DNA of 22,450 nucleotides from Treponemataceae bacterium (lineage in GTDB: Bacteria > Spirochaetota > Spirochaetia > Treponematales > Rectinemataceae), in NCBI GenBank assembly GCA_963677895.2, contig CAXXGJ010000028.1, positions 1 to 22,450 on the forward strand, written 5' to 3'. Below the pieces are notes generated by a model. That model did no database searches. It saw nothing but the letters and a program-made list of their open reading frames with translations, and had not been told where the DNA came from. Both the position numbers and the translations under genes were made by a program. Numbering within the stretch: the first letter of the stretch is position 1; every line of letters starts with the position of its first letter. Of the stretch, positions 7,091-16,834 are shown in pieces.

Positions 7091-10036
7091 ATGGTGAAAC
7101 ATGACACGACCATCCGACCATCCCGCCGGTTCCGGGATTTTTTTATAAGGGCGGCTTTTTCATCGCTGATCCTATTCCTCTTCGCGCTGCCCGGCCGCGT
7201 TGAGGGCCAAGCCGTCCGATCCTTCTCCCGCGTGGAGCATATCCGCACGGATTCCTTCGATATATATTTTCCTCCTTCCCTCGATGAGCAGGGGCAGAGA
7301 CTCGCCGCCTTCGCCGACAAAACCATGGAGGATCTCCTGGATTTCTTCGGAACGGCGGCTGGAGGCAAAGAATCGGCCGGGTCCGGCATCACTTTTCCCA
7401 GCGGCAGGATCGCGGTTCTCCTGAGCGATGTCGAACCCGATCTGAATGGCTACTCGACGGCCTATCCTTCCAACAGGATCGTCCTCTACGTTTCGTCGGC
7501 CGGCCCCTCTGGCGAGCTGGCATCGCTGGACGACGAACTGCGCTCGGTTTTCATCCACGAGCTTACCCATACGATAACCGTCAATATGCGCTCTCCCTTC
7601 TGGGCGGCGCTGGCCGCGGTCGGCGGCGATTTCGTGGCGCCGGTATCCTGGATCATGCCCGAGGCTCTCGTCGAGGGGACGGCCGTATGGGTGGAGAGCC
7701 GGTATGGGGAGATGGAGACTCCGGCGCTGCCGCGGACGGGGAGGCTGCATGACCCCGCCGCTCTCGAGCCCGTTTACCTGGATATGCTGCAAGGAAGGCG
7801 GCGGGGCTTATGGGACGTGTCGGGCGTAGCCGACTATCCGGGTTCCGGGGGAATGCCCTACTATTACGGCGCCCTCTTCGCGAGTTTCATGGAAGAACGC
7901 TATGGCGGCGAAAGCATCCGGGACCTCTGGAGCCTGGCCGCGCAGGGCAACCTTTTCACGGGCTTCGACGGCACCTTCGGCACGCGAGGCCTCCTGGGGA
8001 AGTACAGCGGACGGCAGCCCGCCGCGCTCTGGAACGAGTTCCTGGATTGGCTCGGGAGCCGGGCCGAGGAAGCGGCTGGCCCGCAGGACGCCGCGATCGC
8101 CGCGGCGGGCAGGCGCATAGGCGCCTTCCATGCCGACGAAAAACGTCTCTACTACCTCGACCAGGAAAGACGGAACGTCTTCGCGCTGGATCTTGAATCC
8201 CGCCAAGCCAAACCACTCAAGCTATTTCCGGGCGATGGCTACATCGAGGATGTGTGGATTTCGGCCGACGGCGGCTCGCTGGGCATAGATTGGATAAAGA
8301 TTGGATCCGGCGGCCGTGTAGAGCCCGCCAGGTATTTCTATGACCTAAACAGCAAAACCATGAGCCAGCCCCAGGAGCGCGAGGTCGAAGAAATCGGCGC
8401 CGCCATGGTCAACCTGGAGCCCGGAGCCCCGCTTCCTTTCCTGCACAAGACAAGGCTTGATCCATCTACGGGCTATCAATACGGACTCGTCAGAATGGGC
8501 ACGCGCGTAATGCCCGCGCGCCTATCAGCCGATGGCGCCATGGAAATCCTGGACAGCCCCCTTCTTTTCGTCCGTTCGTTGGCTCTGGCGGGTAGCCCTC
8601 CTCCGGGACAAAGCGACGGCTTCGGACAGCTCATCGCCATGAGCGTGGCTTCCGAAGGCGGACTCTCCCGGATCGCTGTCCTCGCGGAAACGACCGAGGG
8701 ATGGAAGCTTTATCTGCAGAAAACGGCGCCCGACGGCGGCGCTTTTTCCCCGGTTTTCGCGGGCAGGAAGCGACTTATATACAAAGCCGCGCTCGGGGAC
8801 GGCGAACAGGAACTGCGCGTCACGCGATTCGACGAATCGACCATCGCTTCATACGCCGGGCCTCTAGACGTCGCCTGGAAGCCTCTCGAGACGATGAGAG
8901 CCTTGCTCCCGTCGCGATCGGCCCCGACCTCCGCTTCGACGGAGAACGAAGAGAAGATCCATGAGCGGCTCAAGCCCACCCTTTTCCCCCGCCTCCTTTC
9001 CGCGAGCCTCTATCCATTCGTTGACAGCGAGTCGGCGGGATTGACCTTCATAGGCTCCGATCTCACCGAAAGGCTGTCCTGGGAAGCCTCGGCGGGATGG
9101 GATTATATCGCCAACGTGCCCGAAACTTCATTTACGATGGGCCTTGCCGTCGATGAACATTACCTAGCCATCGCGGCCATCGATTCCACCGACTCCAGCT
9201 CGGCGGGCATCCTCGCCCCTACCCGCATGATAGGCGCCGCCATGGGCTACCGTTACAATCATTACCTTTTGCCCGTCAACCGAAGATTCTGGACGAGCGC
9301 CGCCGCGAGCTTCGCCGGCCTCGACGAAGGCTACACCGTCGCCGATTACATTTTTCCAAATTTTGACTACCGTTCGGCGGGCGGCTCCGTCGCGGCCGGA
9401 TATTCCTCGATGCGCGCCCTTCCCTTCGCCCCCTTCGACCGCCAGGGCATAGCCTTCTCGGGAGGCGGCGATTACGAAGTCCTTCCGGGCACGGTTTCGG
9501 CCTTTTCCTTCTCGGGAGCCCTATCCTTCGCCATCCCCCGACCCGCCGCCAAGCTCTCGCTCTACGGAGCCTGGACACCCTCGAACGAACTGCTCTTCCA
9601 TCCCATGGGACGCTACTACGCGGTCGGCGGGGCGTATCATTCGTCGGCGCTCTCGACCCCCTACCCCGACTATGAGGAATATGCCCTCATGGGCTCGGGC
9701 TCGTCCTGGTACGGCTTCGGCGAGCTCGCCGCGCGCATTGCCACCTTCGAGCTATGGGAAGCCATAGGCCCCATTCCAATGCCCTTCCTCCCCTCCTGGA
9801 CCATCCGCCGCGTTTCCTTCTGGGGCGGACTGCGCGCGGCTCTCCTCGAACAGGCCGGCCTCCCCGTCCTGCCCTATTCCGCCTTCGCGCGCATGGAAAC
9901 CGACATAGCGGTCCTGGCGGGACTTGCGGCGGAAGCGCACATTGCGTTAAACATTGAAGCTTCCTGGGCCTTCTCCTCCGAGCTGTCGGGAGGACAGGCC
10001 CTGCACCTGGATTTTGGCATGGGAGTGACCTACTGA
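7091..10036 (+). CDS. Large exported protein: signal peptide, HExxH zinc-peptidase-like domain, probable beta-propeller and probable C-terminal outer-membrane beta-barrel
   Basis: Signal peptide (FFIRAAFSSLILFLFALP), IHELTH...EALVEGTA gluzincin pattern, amphipathic beta-strands in the C-terminal third ending LDFGMGVTY. Confidence 0.7.
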   Translation: MVKHDTTIRPSRRFRDFFIRAAFSSLILFLFALPGRVEGQAVRSFSRVEHIRTDSFDIYFPPSLDEQGQRLAAFADKTMEDLLDFFGTAAGGKESAGSGITFPSGRIAVLLSDVEPDLNGYSTAYPSNRIVLYVSSAGPSGELASLDDELRSVFIHELTHTITVNMRSPFWAALAAVGGDFVAPVSWIMPEALVEGTAVWVESRYGEMETPALPRTGRLHDPAALEPVYLDMLQGRRRGLWDVSGVADYPGSGGMPYYYGALFASFMEERYGGESIRDLWSLAAQGNLFTGFDGTFGTRGLLGKYSGRQPAALWNEFLDWLGSRAEEAAGPQDAAIAAAGRRIGAFHADEKRLYYLDQERRNVFALDLESRQAKPLKLFPGDGYIEDVWISADGGSLGIDWIKIGSGGRVEPARYFYDLNSKTMSQPQEREVEEIGAAMVNLEPGAPLPFLHKTRLDPSTGYQYGLVRMGTRVMPARLSADGAMEILDSPLLFVRSLALAGSPPPGQSDGFGQLIAMSVASEGGLSRIAVLAETTEGWKLYLQKTAPDGGAFSPVFAGRKRLIYKAALGDGEQELRVTRFDESTIASYAGPLDVAWKPLETMRALLPSRSAPTSASTENEEKIHERLKPTLFPRLLSASLYPFVDSESAGLTFIGSDLTERLSWEASAGWDYIANVPETSFTMGLAVDEHYLAIAAIDSTDSSSAGILAPTRMIGAAMGYRYNHYLLPVNRRFWTSAAASFAGLDEGYTVADYIFPNFDYRSAGGSVAAGYSSMRALPFAPFDRQGIAFSGGGDYEVLPGTVSAFSFSGALSFAIPRPAAKLSLYGAWTPSNELLFHPMGRYYAVGGAYHSSALSTPYPDYEEYALMGSGSSWYGFGELAARIATFELWEAIGPIPMPFLPSWTIRRVSFWGGLRAALLEQAGLPVLPYSAFARMETDIAVLAGLAAEAHIALNIEASWAFSSELSGGQALHLDFGMGVTY

Positions 10037-12499
10037 TGTCCACGCAGCACAGCGCCCTCGTCGAGGCCGGCCAAAGACTGACGCCGCAGATCTGCGGAGA
10101 ACTCGTGCAAGCCATCGAGTCGGCCGGCGGCATCGAAGTATTCGCCATCGGCAGCCTCGACGAGGCCGGCCTCGTCCGCGAGGTGGAAATCGTCGCCCGC
10201 GGGACCATCGATACCGTTCCCGCCCTCGGCCCCTACTTCGAAAAAGGCTCCGTCCTCATCCACAATCATCCTTCGGGCTACCTCCAGCCCTCCGAGGCCG
10301 ACGTCGCCATCGCGGCCGACGCGGGCACCTACGGAGTCGGCAGCTACATCGTCAACAACGCGGTCTCGGAACTCTACATCGTGGCCGAACCGGCGCGCAG
10401 GAAATCCTACCGGATGCTGGACGAGGAAGGCCTCTCCGGCGCCCTCGACCAGGGCGGCAAGCTTTCCCAGAAAATGCCCGCCTTCGAACCCCGCGCCTCG
10501 CAGATCGCCATGACCTCCGACGTGGCCTCCCTCTTCAACCAGGGCGGCATCCTCGCCGCCGAAGCCGGCACCGGCGTCGGAAAATCCTTCGCCTACCTCG
10601 TGCCGGCCATGGCCTGGGCCCAAGGCAACGAGGAAAGAGTCGTCATCTCCACCGCCACGATAAACCTCCAGGACCAGCTCTTCTCCAAGGACATCCCCCT
10701 CGTCGCCTCGATCTTCAAGAAAAAGCTGAAGGCCGTCCTCGTCAAGGGCAGATCCAACTATGTCTGCAAGCGGAGACTGGGCGAGGCCATCGAGGAGGAA
10801 GGCCTTCTCCTGGACGACGAGAGCCCCCTCAAGCGAATTCTCGCCTGGGACGAATCGGGCGGCTCCGGCGACAGGGCCGACCTGCCTTTCCGCGTCGAGG
10901 ACCAGGTGTGGAACAAGGTCTGCTCCGAGGCCGACGCCTGCATTTCGATACGCTGTCCGAGCAGGGAGCGCTGCCACGTGATCTCGGTGAGGAAAAACGC
11001 GGCCGACGCCCAGATCATCGTCGTCAACCATCACCTGCTTTTCGCCGACCTGGCCTCCCGGCAGCGGGGTTCGGGCCTCGAGCAGACCTCCATCCTCCCG
11101 GCCTATTCCTCCTTGATCCTGGATGAAGCCCACTCGATCGAAGCGAGCGCGACGAGTCTCTTCACCGAGAGTTTCACGCGCTTTTCCGTCGTCAAGAAAC
11201 TCTCCCGGCTCTGGCGCAAGAACAGGACGGGACAGTTCGGCGCCCTCGCGAAGCTTTCCGTCATCCCCGCGATCGGGAAATCCCTCCTCAAGTCCTTCGA
11301 GCCGGCGGTGAAGGAAATCCAGGGCTCGATGTCGGACCTGGAAGCCGCCACCATCCGCCTTTTGTCGACCGAGACGACCCTGCGGCTCAGGGAGAAAAAC
11401 CAGGAGATCGTCTCCTCGGTCTGCGAACCGGCGGGCAGGCTCCAGCGCTCCATTCTCGCCCTCACGAAGATCATCGCCGACATCCTGGAGACCCTGCCCG
11501 AATCGCGCGCCCAGGACCCCTCGGCCTTCGAGGCGCGGATCATAGCCCGAGGCTTAAACGAGTTGGCCGATCTCATCGCGAGGCTCAAGGATTTCGACGC
11601 GAATCCCGACACGATCTTCTGGCTCGAAAAATCGCGCACCTCGCAGAAGGACATCTTCATATCGTTCAACGCCACGCCCCTCGAGGTGGCGGCCATCCTC
11701 GAACGCTCGGTCTTCGAGAAGGTGAGGACGGTGGTCTGTACCTCGGCCACCCTGTCGGTGGGCGGCAGCTTCGATTTCTGGATGAAGCGGATCGGCATTT
11801 CCAAGCAGCGCGAGGACGTGGAGACGAAGCACTACCCCTCGCCTTTCCCCTTTTCCTCGAACGCCATCCTGGCCGTGGATTCGCAGGCGCCCGAGCCCGC
11901 AGAAGGCCAAGGAAGCTTTCAAAAGCTACGTGGGCGACGCCGTCGTCCGCCTCCTCACGGCCTCCAGGGGGCGGGCCTTGGTCCTCTTCACGAGCTACGA
12001 CATCCTTTCGGCCACCTTCGAGAAGGCCAAGCCCGTCATGGAGAAGGCCGGCATCACCTGCTTCAGGCAGGGCATGGACGACCGCTCTCGGCTCCTCACC
12101 ATGTTCAGGAACGACATCTCGTCGGTCCTCTTCGCCACCGATTCCTTCTGGGAAGGCGTCGACGCGCCCGGGGAGACGCTTTCGATGGTCGTCATCACCA
12201 AGCTGCCCTTCAAGGTTCCCAACGATCCCATCCAGCAGGCCCGCGCCGAGGCCGTCGAGAAGCGCGGCGGCAATTCCTTCATGGAAATCAGCGTGCCCGA
12301 GGCCATCATCAAGTTCAAGCAGGGTTTCGGCAGGCTCATCCGCCACTCCGACGACAGGGGCGTGGCCGTCGTTCTCGACCAACGTCTCGCCACGGCTCGA
12401 TACGGCCAGCTTTTCATCGAAAGTCTCCCGAAATGCAAGCTGATCACCGATGGCATCGAGACGATAGCCCTGGAAGTGGAGCGATTCCTGGACGCTTGA
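10036..12499 (+). CDS. DinG/YoaA-family ATP-dependent helicase with N-terminal JAB/RadC-like domain; apparent 1-nt insertion frameshift at 11896-11898
   Basis: EAGTGVGKS, STATINLQDQL, KGRSNYVC, Fe-S cysteines, DEAH, TSATL. The second frame carries LFTSY, FWEGVD, KLPF, QGFGRLIR. N-terminal HNHPSGxxxPSxxD. Confidence 0.92.
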
Positions 12500-12509
12500 C
12501 GCTTTTTCC

Positions 12510-12538
12510 TTGCCCCATCTCGACAGCGCTGGTACAAT
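12510..12538 (+). promoter_or_regulatory. sigma70 promoter candidate for manA-yaiI
   Basis: TTGCCC-N17-TACAAT with extended -10 TG (TGGTACAAT). Confidence 0.6.
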
Positions 12539-12566
12539 GCGAGGCGATGCAAGGAAAATCGACATC

Positions 12567-13824
12567 ATGAAAGATACCTCGGCCCCCGTTTTCAAGCTCG
12601 AAAACACGATACGCAACTACGCGTGGGGGAGCTATAACGGACTTTCGCTCTATGCTGGCGTCGTCACCGACTCAGGGAAGCCTTCGGCCGAATGCTGGAT
12701 GGGCTCGCATCCGGACGCTCCCTCCTCTCTCCTCCTGCCGGACGGCAAGGCTCTTCCCCTCCCGAAGTACATCCACGACAATCCCATGAAGAGTCTCGGC
12801 GAGGAGGTTTTCGCCGAGTTCGACGACCTGCCCTTCCTTTTCAAGGCGCTTTCCGCCTCGATGCCCCTCTCCATCCAGGTGCATCCCGACAAGGCGCGCG
12901 CCGAGATCGGCTTCGAGCGCGAGGAAAAACGCGGTCTCGCCGCGATCGGCGCCCGAGCGCGACTACAAGGATAGGAACCACAAGCCCGAGCTGGCTGTCG
13001 CCCTTTCACCCTTTTCGGCGCTCTGCGGTTTCAGGAGCGCGGGCGAGGCCGCGGAAATGCTGGGTCCCGAGCTTTGCGGGTATTTCGGTTTTTCGGCCCT
13101 CGACGCTGAGGCCTCGCTGCGCGGTCTTTTGGGGAAGGCTCTCGCCCTGCGCGATAAAGAAAGGACGCTGCTCGAGCTCAAAGCGACTTCCCGCGCGCGG
13201 GATCTCGCGAAGAGCGAGGATGAGGGCGCGAGAATCGCCGGACAAACCGTCCTCATGTGCTTTCAGCACTATCCCCATGATCCGGGCGCGATTTCCCCGC
13301 TTTTCATGAATGTGCTTTTCCTCGAGCCCGGGCAGGGCATCTATATTCCCGCTGGCGTCATGCATGCGTATCTGAAGGGCACGATTCTCGAGATTATGGC
13401 CACCTCCGACAACGTGATCCGGGGCGGGCTCACGCACAAGCATGTCGATGTCGACGATCTCCTCGGCACCCTCGATTTCAAGGCCGAGCCTACGCTCATC
13501 GAGCCCGTCGCCGGTATTTCCGGCGCGCGCGAGGTTTTCTGGCCTACGCCGGCGCGCGAATTCGCACTCTCGCGCTTCGATCTTTCCGACCAGAAGCACG
13601 CCGAAGTGAAGCCAAACGGTCCCGAAATTCTTCTTTGCACCGCGGGCCAGGCCACCATCGACTGCTCTTCCGACGCCAATCCATCCATCGTCCTCAAGCG
13701 AGGCGAATCCGTCTTCGTGGGAGCGGCCTGCAAATCCTATTCCCTGCGCGGTCCCTGCACGGTCTACCGCGCTCGCGTAGGCTCGCTCGCCTCCTCTCAT
13801 GTAGTTCCCGAGGCGTCGCCATGA
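12567..13824 (+). CDS. manA: Mannose-6-phosphate isomerase, class I; frameshift near 12952-12954
   Basis: NYAWGS, AECWMGSHP, LPFLFK, LSIQVHP, then after the frame change RDYKDRNHKPEL, HAYLKG, EIMATSDNVIRGGLT. Confidence 0.93.
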
Positions 13825-14276
13825 CGATCTGGGTGGATGGGGACAGCGCCCCGCGCGACATCCGCCCTATCCTCGTGCGCCGCGGCGCAAACATCCCCGT
13901 GCGCTTCGTCTCAGCCCGCAAGCTTCCCGACGTGCCCCCTGCCCTCGCTATCCTAGTGCCCGCGGGACCTGATGCCGCCGACCGCTACATCGAAGAAAAC
14001 GCCTCGTTGGGCGACCTCGTCGTCACCCGCGACATCCCCTTCGCCGAGCGCCTCGCTGAAGCGGGCATTACCGCGATCAGCGACCGCGGCGAACTCTACA
14101 CGAAAGAAAACGCTTCCGAGCGCCGTTCCCTACGCGATGCCGCCGCCGAACTTCGCTTTTTGGGCATGGCGCCAGCTTCACCAAAGGGGTCACATAGAAC
14201 GGCTAAGGAAACAAAACAGTTTGCGGATGGGTTGGATAGGGCGCTAGTAGCGTTAAGAAATCTGAATCCTTTATGA
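13821..14276 (+). CDS. yaiI: YaiI/YqxD (UPF0178, DUF188) family protein
   Basis: MTIWVDGDS, DAADxxI, GDLVVTRDIP, RGELYT, FADGLDR. ATGA overlap with the manA stop. Confidence 0.88.
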   Translation: MTIWVDGDSAPRDIRPILVRRGANIPVRFVSARKLPDVPPALAILVPAGPDAADRYIEENASLGDLVVTRDIPFAERLAEAGITAISDRGELYTKENASERRSLRDAAAELRFLGMAPASPKGSHRTAKETKQFADGLDRALVALRNLNPL

Positions 14277-14335
14277 TTGTATAGCATTATTATTAAAGAA
14301 ACGTATAATAATTGTTAGGTCGAGAGGAGAGAAAA

Positions 14336-15202
14336 ATGAAAAAAGACGATAAAGTTTTTTGTATGTGTAAAAATTGTGCTGGTAAAAGAAATCATGATGT
14401 AATGTATTCATATACAGAAGAAACAAATCCTGAATATCGCATAGATATTTCATATGCAATAATTAAATGTCGAGGCTGTAATAATATATCATTTTTACGT
14501 CAGGTTGAAGATTACGAAGTAATGATTCCCATAGATGAAGAAAAGTATGAACCAGAAACTACTCAAGAAATTTATCCAAAATCAATTGAAGATTATAAAG
14601 AGAATAGGGATATATACCTTATTCCTGAAATTGTAAGAAAAATATATATGGAAACTATATCAGCAATAAAAAATGGACAATCAATAATTTCAGGAATAGG
14701 TCTTCGTGCAATTATTGAAGCAATATGTAATGATAAGGATATCAAAGGTAGAGACTTAAAATTTCGAATTAATAAATTGGCTTCTCTTGGCATAATTGCT
14801 AGAGATGATGCAAGGCGGCTTCATGCGATTAGATTTTTAGGAAATGATGCAGTACATGATATTAAACCTGCAAAAAAAGACTCTATTATAATAGCATTAA
14901 ACATAATTGATCATACTATACAATCACTTTATACATTTAATGATAGTGGTGAATATTTAGAGCTTCCCATTAATGAATATATTGATTTAGAAAAGTTAAT
15001 ACTTTTAGCATTAAAAAAAATGTCGATTGGAACTAAATTTACTTTTGCAGGAATATTAGGAAAAGATATTAGAAGGGTGGAAGATGTTGAAATCATGGAA
15101 AAAGAGTTTTTTGAGAAAGTAAAATGTGGAAATTATAAAGAAATTAATAGCCAAGTAACATTAGAGAATAATAAAAATAAATATGAAAAAATAATGGCCT
15201 AA
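14336..15202 (+). CDS. DUF4145 (HEPN-like) domain protein with N-terminal zinc finger; cassette 1
   Basis: ATG 14336 after AGGAG. CKNC...CRGC, then LRAIIEAIC...LKFRINKL...LHAIRFLGNDAVH. The stop TAA lies inside the attC R'' GCCTAAC. Confidence 0.85.
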   Translation: MKKDDKVFCMCKNCAGKRNHDVMYSYTEETNPEYRIDISYAIIKCRGCNNISFLRQVEDYEVMIPIDEEKYEPETTQEIYPKSIEDYKENRDIYLIPEIVRKIYMETISAIKNGQSIISGIGLRAIIEAICNDKDIKGRDLKFRINKLASLGIIARDDARRLHAIRFLGNDAVHDIKPAKKDSIIIALNIIDHTIQSLYTFNDSGEYLELPINEYIDLEKLILLALKKMSIGTKFTFAGILGKDIRRVEDVEIMEKEFFEKVKCGNYKEINSQVTLENNKNKYEKIMA

Positions 15203-15321
15203 CAAATGCTTCAATTTTATAAAACATTTTGGCATGGTTTTTGCGAAAAGTTCACACAAAAACCATGCCAATCCTTCGCTTCGATCAGGAACAGGCGTAA
15301 AGATTTAAGCCAATATTAGGT
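15197..15321 (+). repeat. attC-like site 1 (125 bp)
   Basis: R'' GCCTAAC; L'' GCTTCAA pairs with L' TTAAGC leaving one extrahelical base; perfect 15-bp stem TTGGCATGGTTTTTG (15229-15243) / CAAAAACCATGCCAA (15257-15271); R' ATTAGGT (G>A). Confidence 0.85.
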
Positions 15322-15345
15322 TTATTATATAGCTAAGGAGTTGTT

Positions 15346-15759
15346 ATGAAAAAAAATCAATATATTATTGGTAATTGGCTAATATATACAGTACTTATTG
15401 GACTAATTCCGACATTTTCAAAGATAATTATATTCTTAACAGTAAATGATGAAAAAATTAGTTCTATATTTGATCCTCTTGATTTTGTTTCTTTTGGGTT
15501 AGTGTTATGTGTATCAATAATTACACAAATTCAAAAATATAATAGAGATAAAAGCTGGAAAATATTTTCTATTGGAATAACAATATTTTTATTAGTATTT
15601 TATGGAATATTATTTTCTGAATCATATTTATCAAAAAAGCTACCTAATACTATAAATTATAATAGTTTAACAATTATTACACTTATAATTGCAGGAATAA
15701 ACTTTGTATATGCATTTTCAGTATTTTATAAGACAAATTTGGAGAAGAAATATGCTTAA
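15346..15759 (+). CDS. Hypothetical membrane protein with about 4 TM helices; cassette 2 gene 1
   Basis: TAAGGAG RBS; four hydrophobic stretches. Confidence 0.8.
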   Translation: MKKNQYIIGNWLIYTVLIGLIPTFSKIIIFLTVNDEKISSIFDPLDFVSFGLVLCVSIITQIQKYNRDKSWKIFSIGITIFLLVFYGILFSESYLSKKLPNTINYNSLTIITLIIAGINFVYAFSVFYKTNLEKKYA

Positions 15760-15886
15760 TATGATTATTCCTATAGCCATTATAATTTCAATAGTAGTTT
15801 TGTCATTTTCCATGTATACTATTATATCAACTAGAAATAGATACTATAAAGAATATCAAAGGAGAAAACACCATGAACAATATTAA
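15752..15886 (+). CDS. Small single-TM protein (44 aa) with basic tail; cassette 2 gene 2
   Basis: GGAG at 15741 then ATG 15752; overlaps both neighbours; MLNMIIPIAIIISIVVLSFSMYTIISTRNRYYKEYQRRKHHEQY. Confidence 0.65.
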   Translation: MLNMIIPIAIIISIVVLSFSMYTIISTRNRYYKEYQRRKHHEQY

Positions 15887-16826
15887 ATCATTTATATATT
15901 TAGATAGCTATAAGTTGTATTCAATATCTTCTCAAATATTTGAAGGACTTACAGAATCAGTTATAGAGTATACTGGAAAGGAAGCACTTACAAGTGAAAG
16001 CCAAAAAGGTCCAATTGCAAGTGGAAAAATTATTGGTGATATTCTAAAAAATAGTGAAGGAAGAAAAGAAATAAAATATTTGTATGATTATGCTTACATT
16101 TTATTTGAAAAAGCATTGATCGAAAATGAAAAAGTAAATGTTTATGGATATGGAGATACTACATCAGTAAAAGTTGGTGAAAAGCCATTTATTAAGATTA
16201 AGGGAAAAATCAAATTTAAGGATTCAAAAAAAACAATTAATACGTTTAAGGAATTTAATAGAATAGGTGAAGCACTATCGTATGTTACTACATATTCATC
16301 ACAGGGTCAGATAAAAAGAGGCATTGACGAAAAAGTAAATAGTATAACAGATAGAAATCAAAAAGTAAGAGTTAGAGCAAAATTAGAAGCTGAAGTCAAA
16401 GCAAATCTAAGAACAGCTATGGAATCAAATGGATTGCATATGGATGAAAAATATTTAGAAAAAATGGCAGAAATTTTAGAATATGGATATAAAGATGCTT
16501 TTGAAATCGAAATGCCTTTTAAAATGGAAGATAATGTAGCAATAATTTCGTGTCTCTTAAATAGAGAATACTTACGAGAAAACGAAAATTTAATTATTAA
16601 CAAATATTCTCGTGCAACTGAAAGAGAAATAACCCTATTTGGAATTGAAACCCAAAAATATGGACCGAAGATAAAAAGTGAAAATGAAAAAAATGAAGGA
16701 GTTAAATCATTGAAACAATCTATGAGCGCTATGACAGATGCTATAATTGCAGTTGAAGATAATTTTATTGGAAAAGAAGAAAATGAAATAATTATAGATC
16801 CAATTGCAATATATCTTGAGCTGTAA
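15873..16826 (+). CDS. DUF6414-like protein; cassette 2 gene 3
   Basis: AAGGAG RBS. N-terminal IKSFIYLD..KLYSISSQIFEG and C-terminal IIIDPIAIY match my recollection of DUF6414. Confidence 0.7.
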   Translation: MNNIKSFIYLDSYKLYSISSQIFEGLTESVIEYTGKEALTSESQKGPIASGKIIGDILKNSEGRKEIKYLYDYAYILFEKALIENEKVNVYGYGDTTSVKVGEKPFIKIKGKIKFKDSKKTINTFKEFNRIGEALSYVTTYSSQGQIKRGIDEKVNSITDRNQKVRVRAKLEAEVKANLRTAMESNGLHMDEKYLEKMAEILEYGYKDAFEIEMPFKMEDNVAIISCLLNREYLRENENLIINKYSRATEREITLFGIETQKYGPKIKSENEKNEGVKSLKQSMSAMTDAIIAVEDNFIGKEENEIIIDPIAIYLEL

Positions 16827-16834
16827 AAATCAAA

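Noticed and set aside
11900..12570. Arg-rich C-terminal tail of the 844-aa ORF
   Set aside because: Out-of-frame artefact of the frameshift; the true helicase C-terminus is in the 11930-12499 frame.
10030..13800. Long minus-strand ORFs (367, 316 and 264 aa)
   Set aside because: Antisense to the helicase and manA, which carry clear conserved motifs.
14265..14300. Possible dif/Xer site after yaiI
   Set aside because: Only a loose TTATTATTAAA resemblance; no XerC arm at the right spacing.
15229..15271. Hairpin read as a simple rho-independent terminator
   Set aside because: No U-tract, a long loop, and it is nested within R''/L''/L'/R' boxes repeated at 16835.
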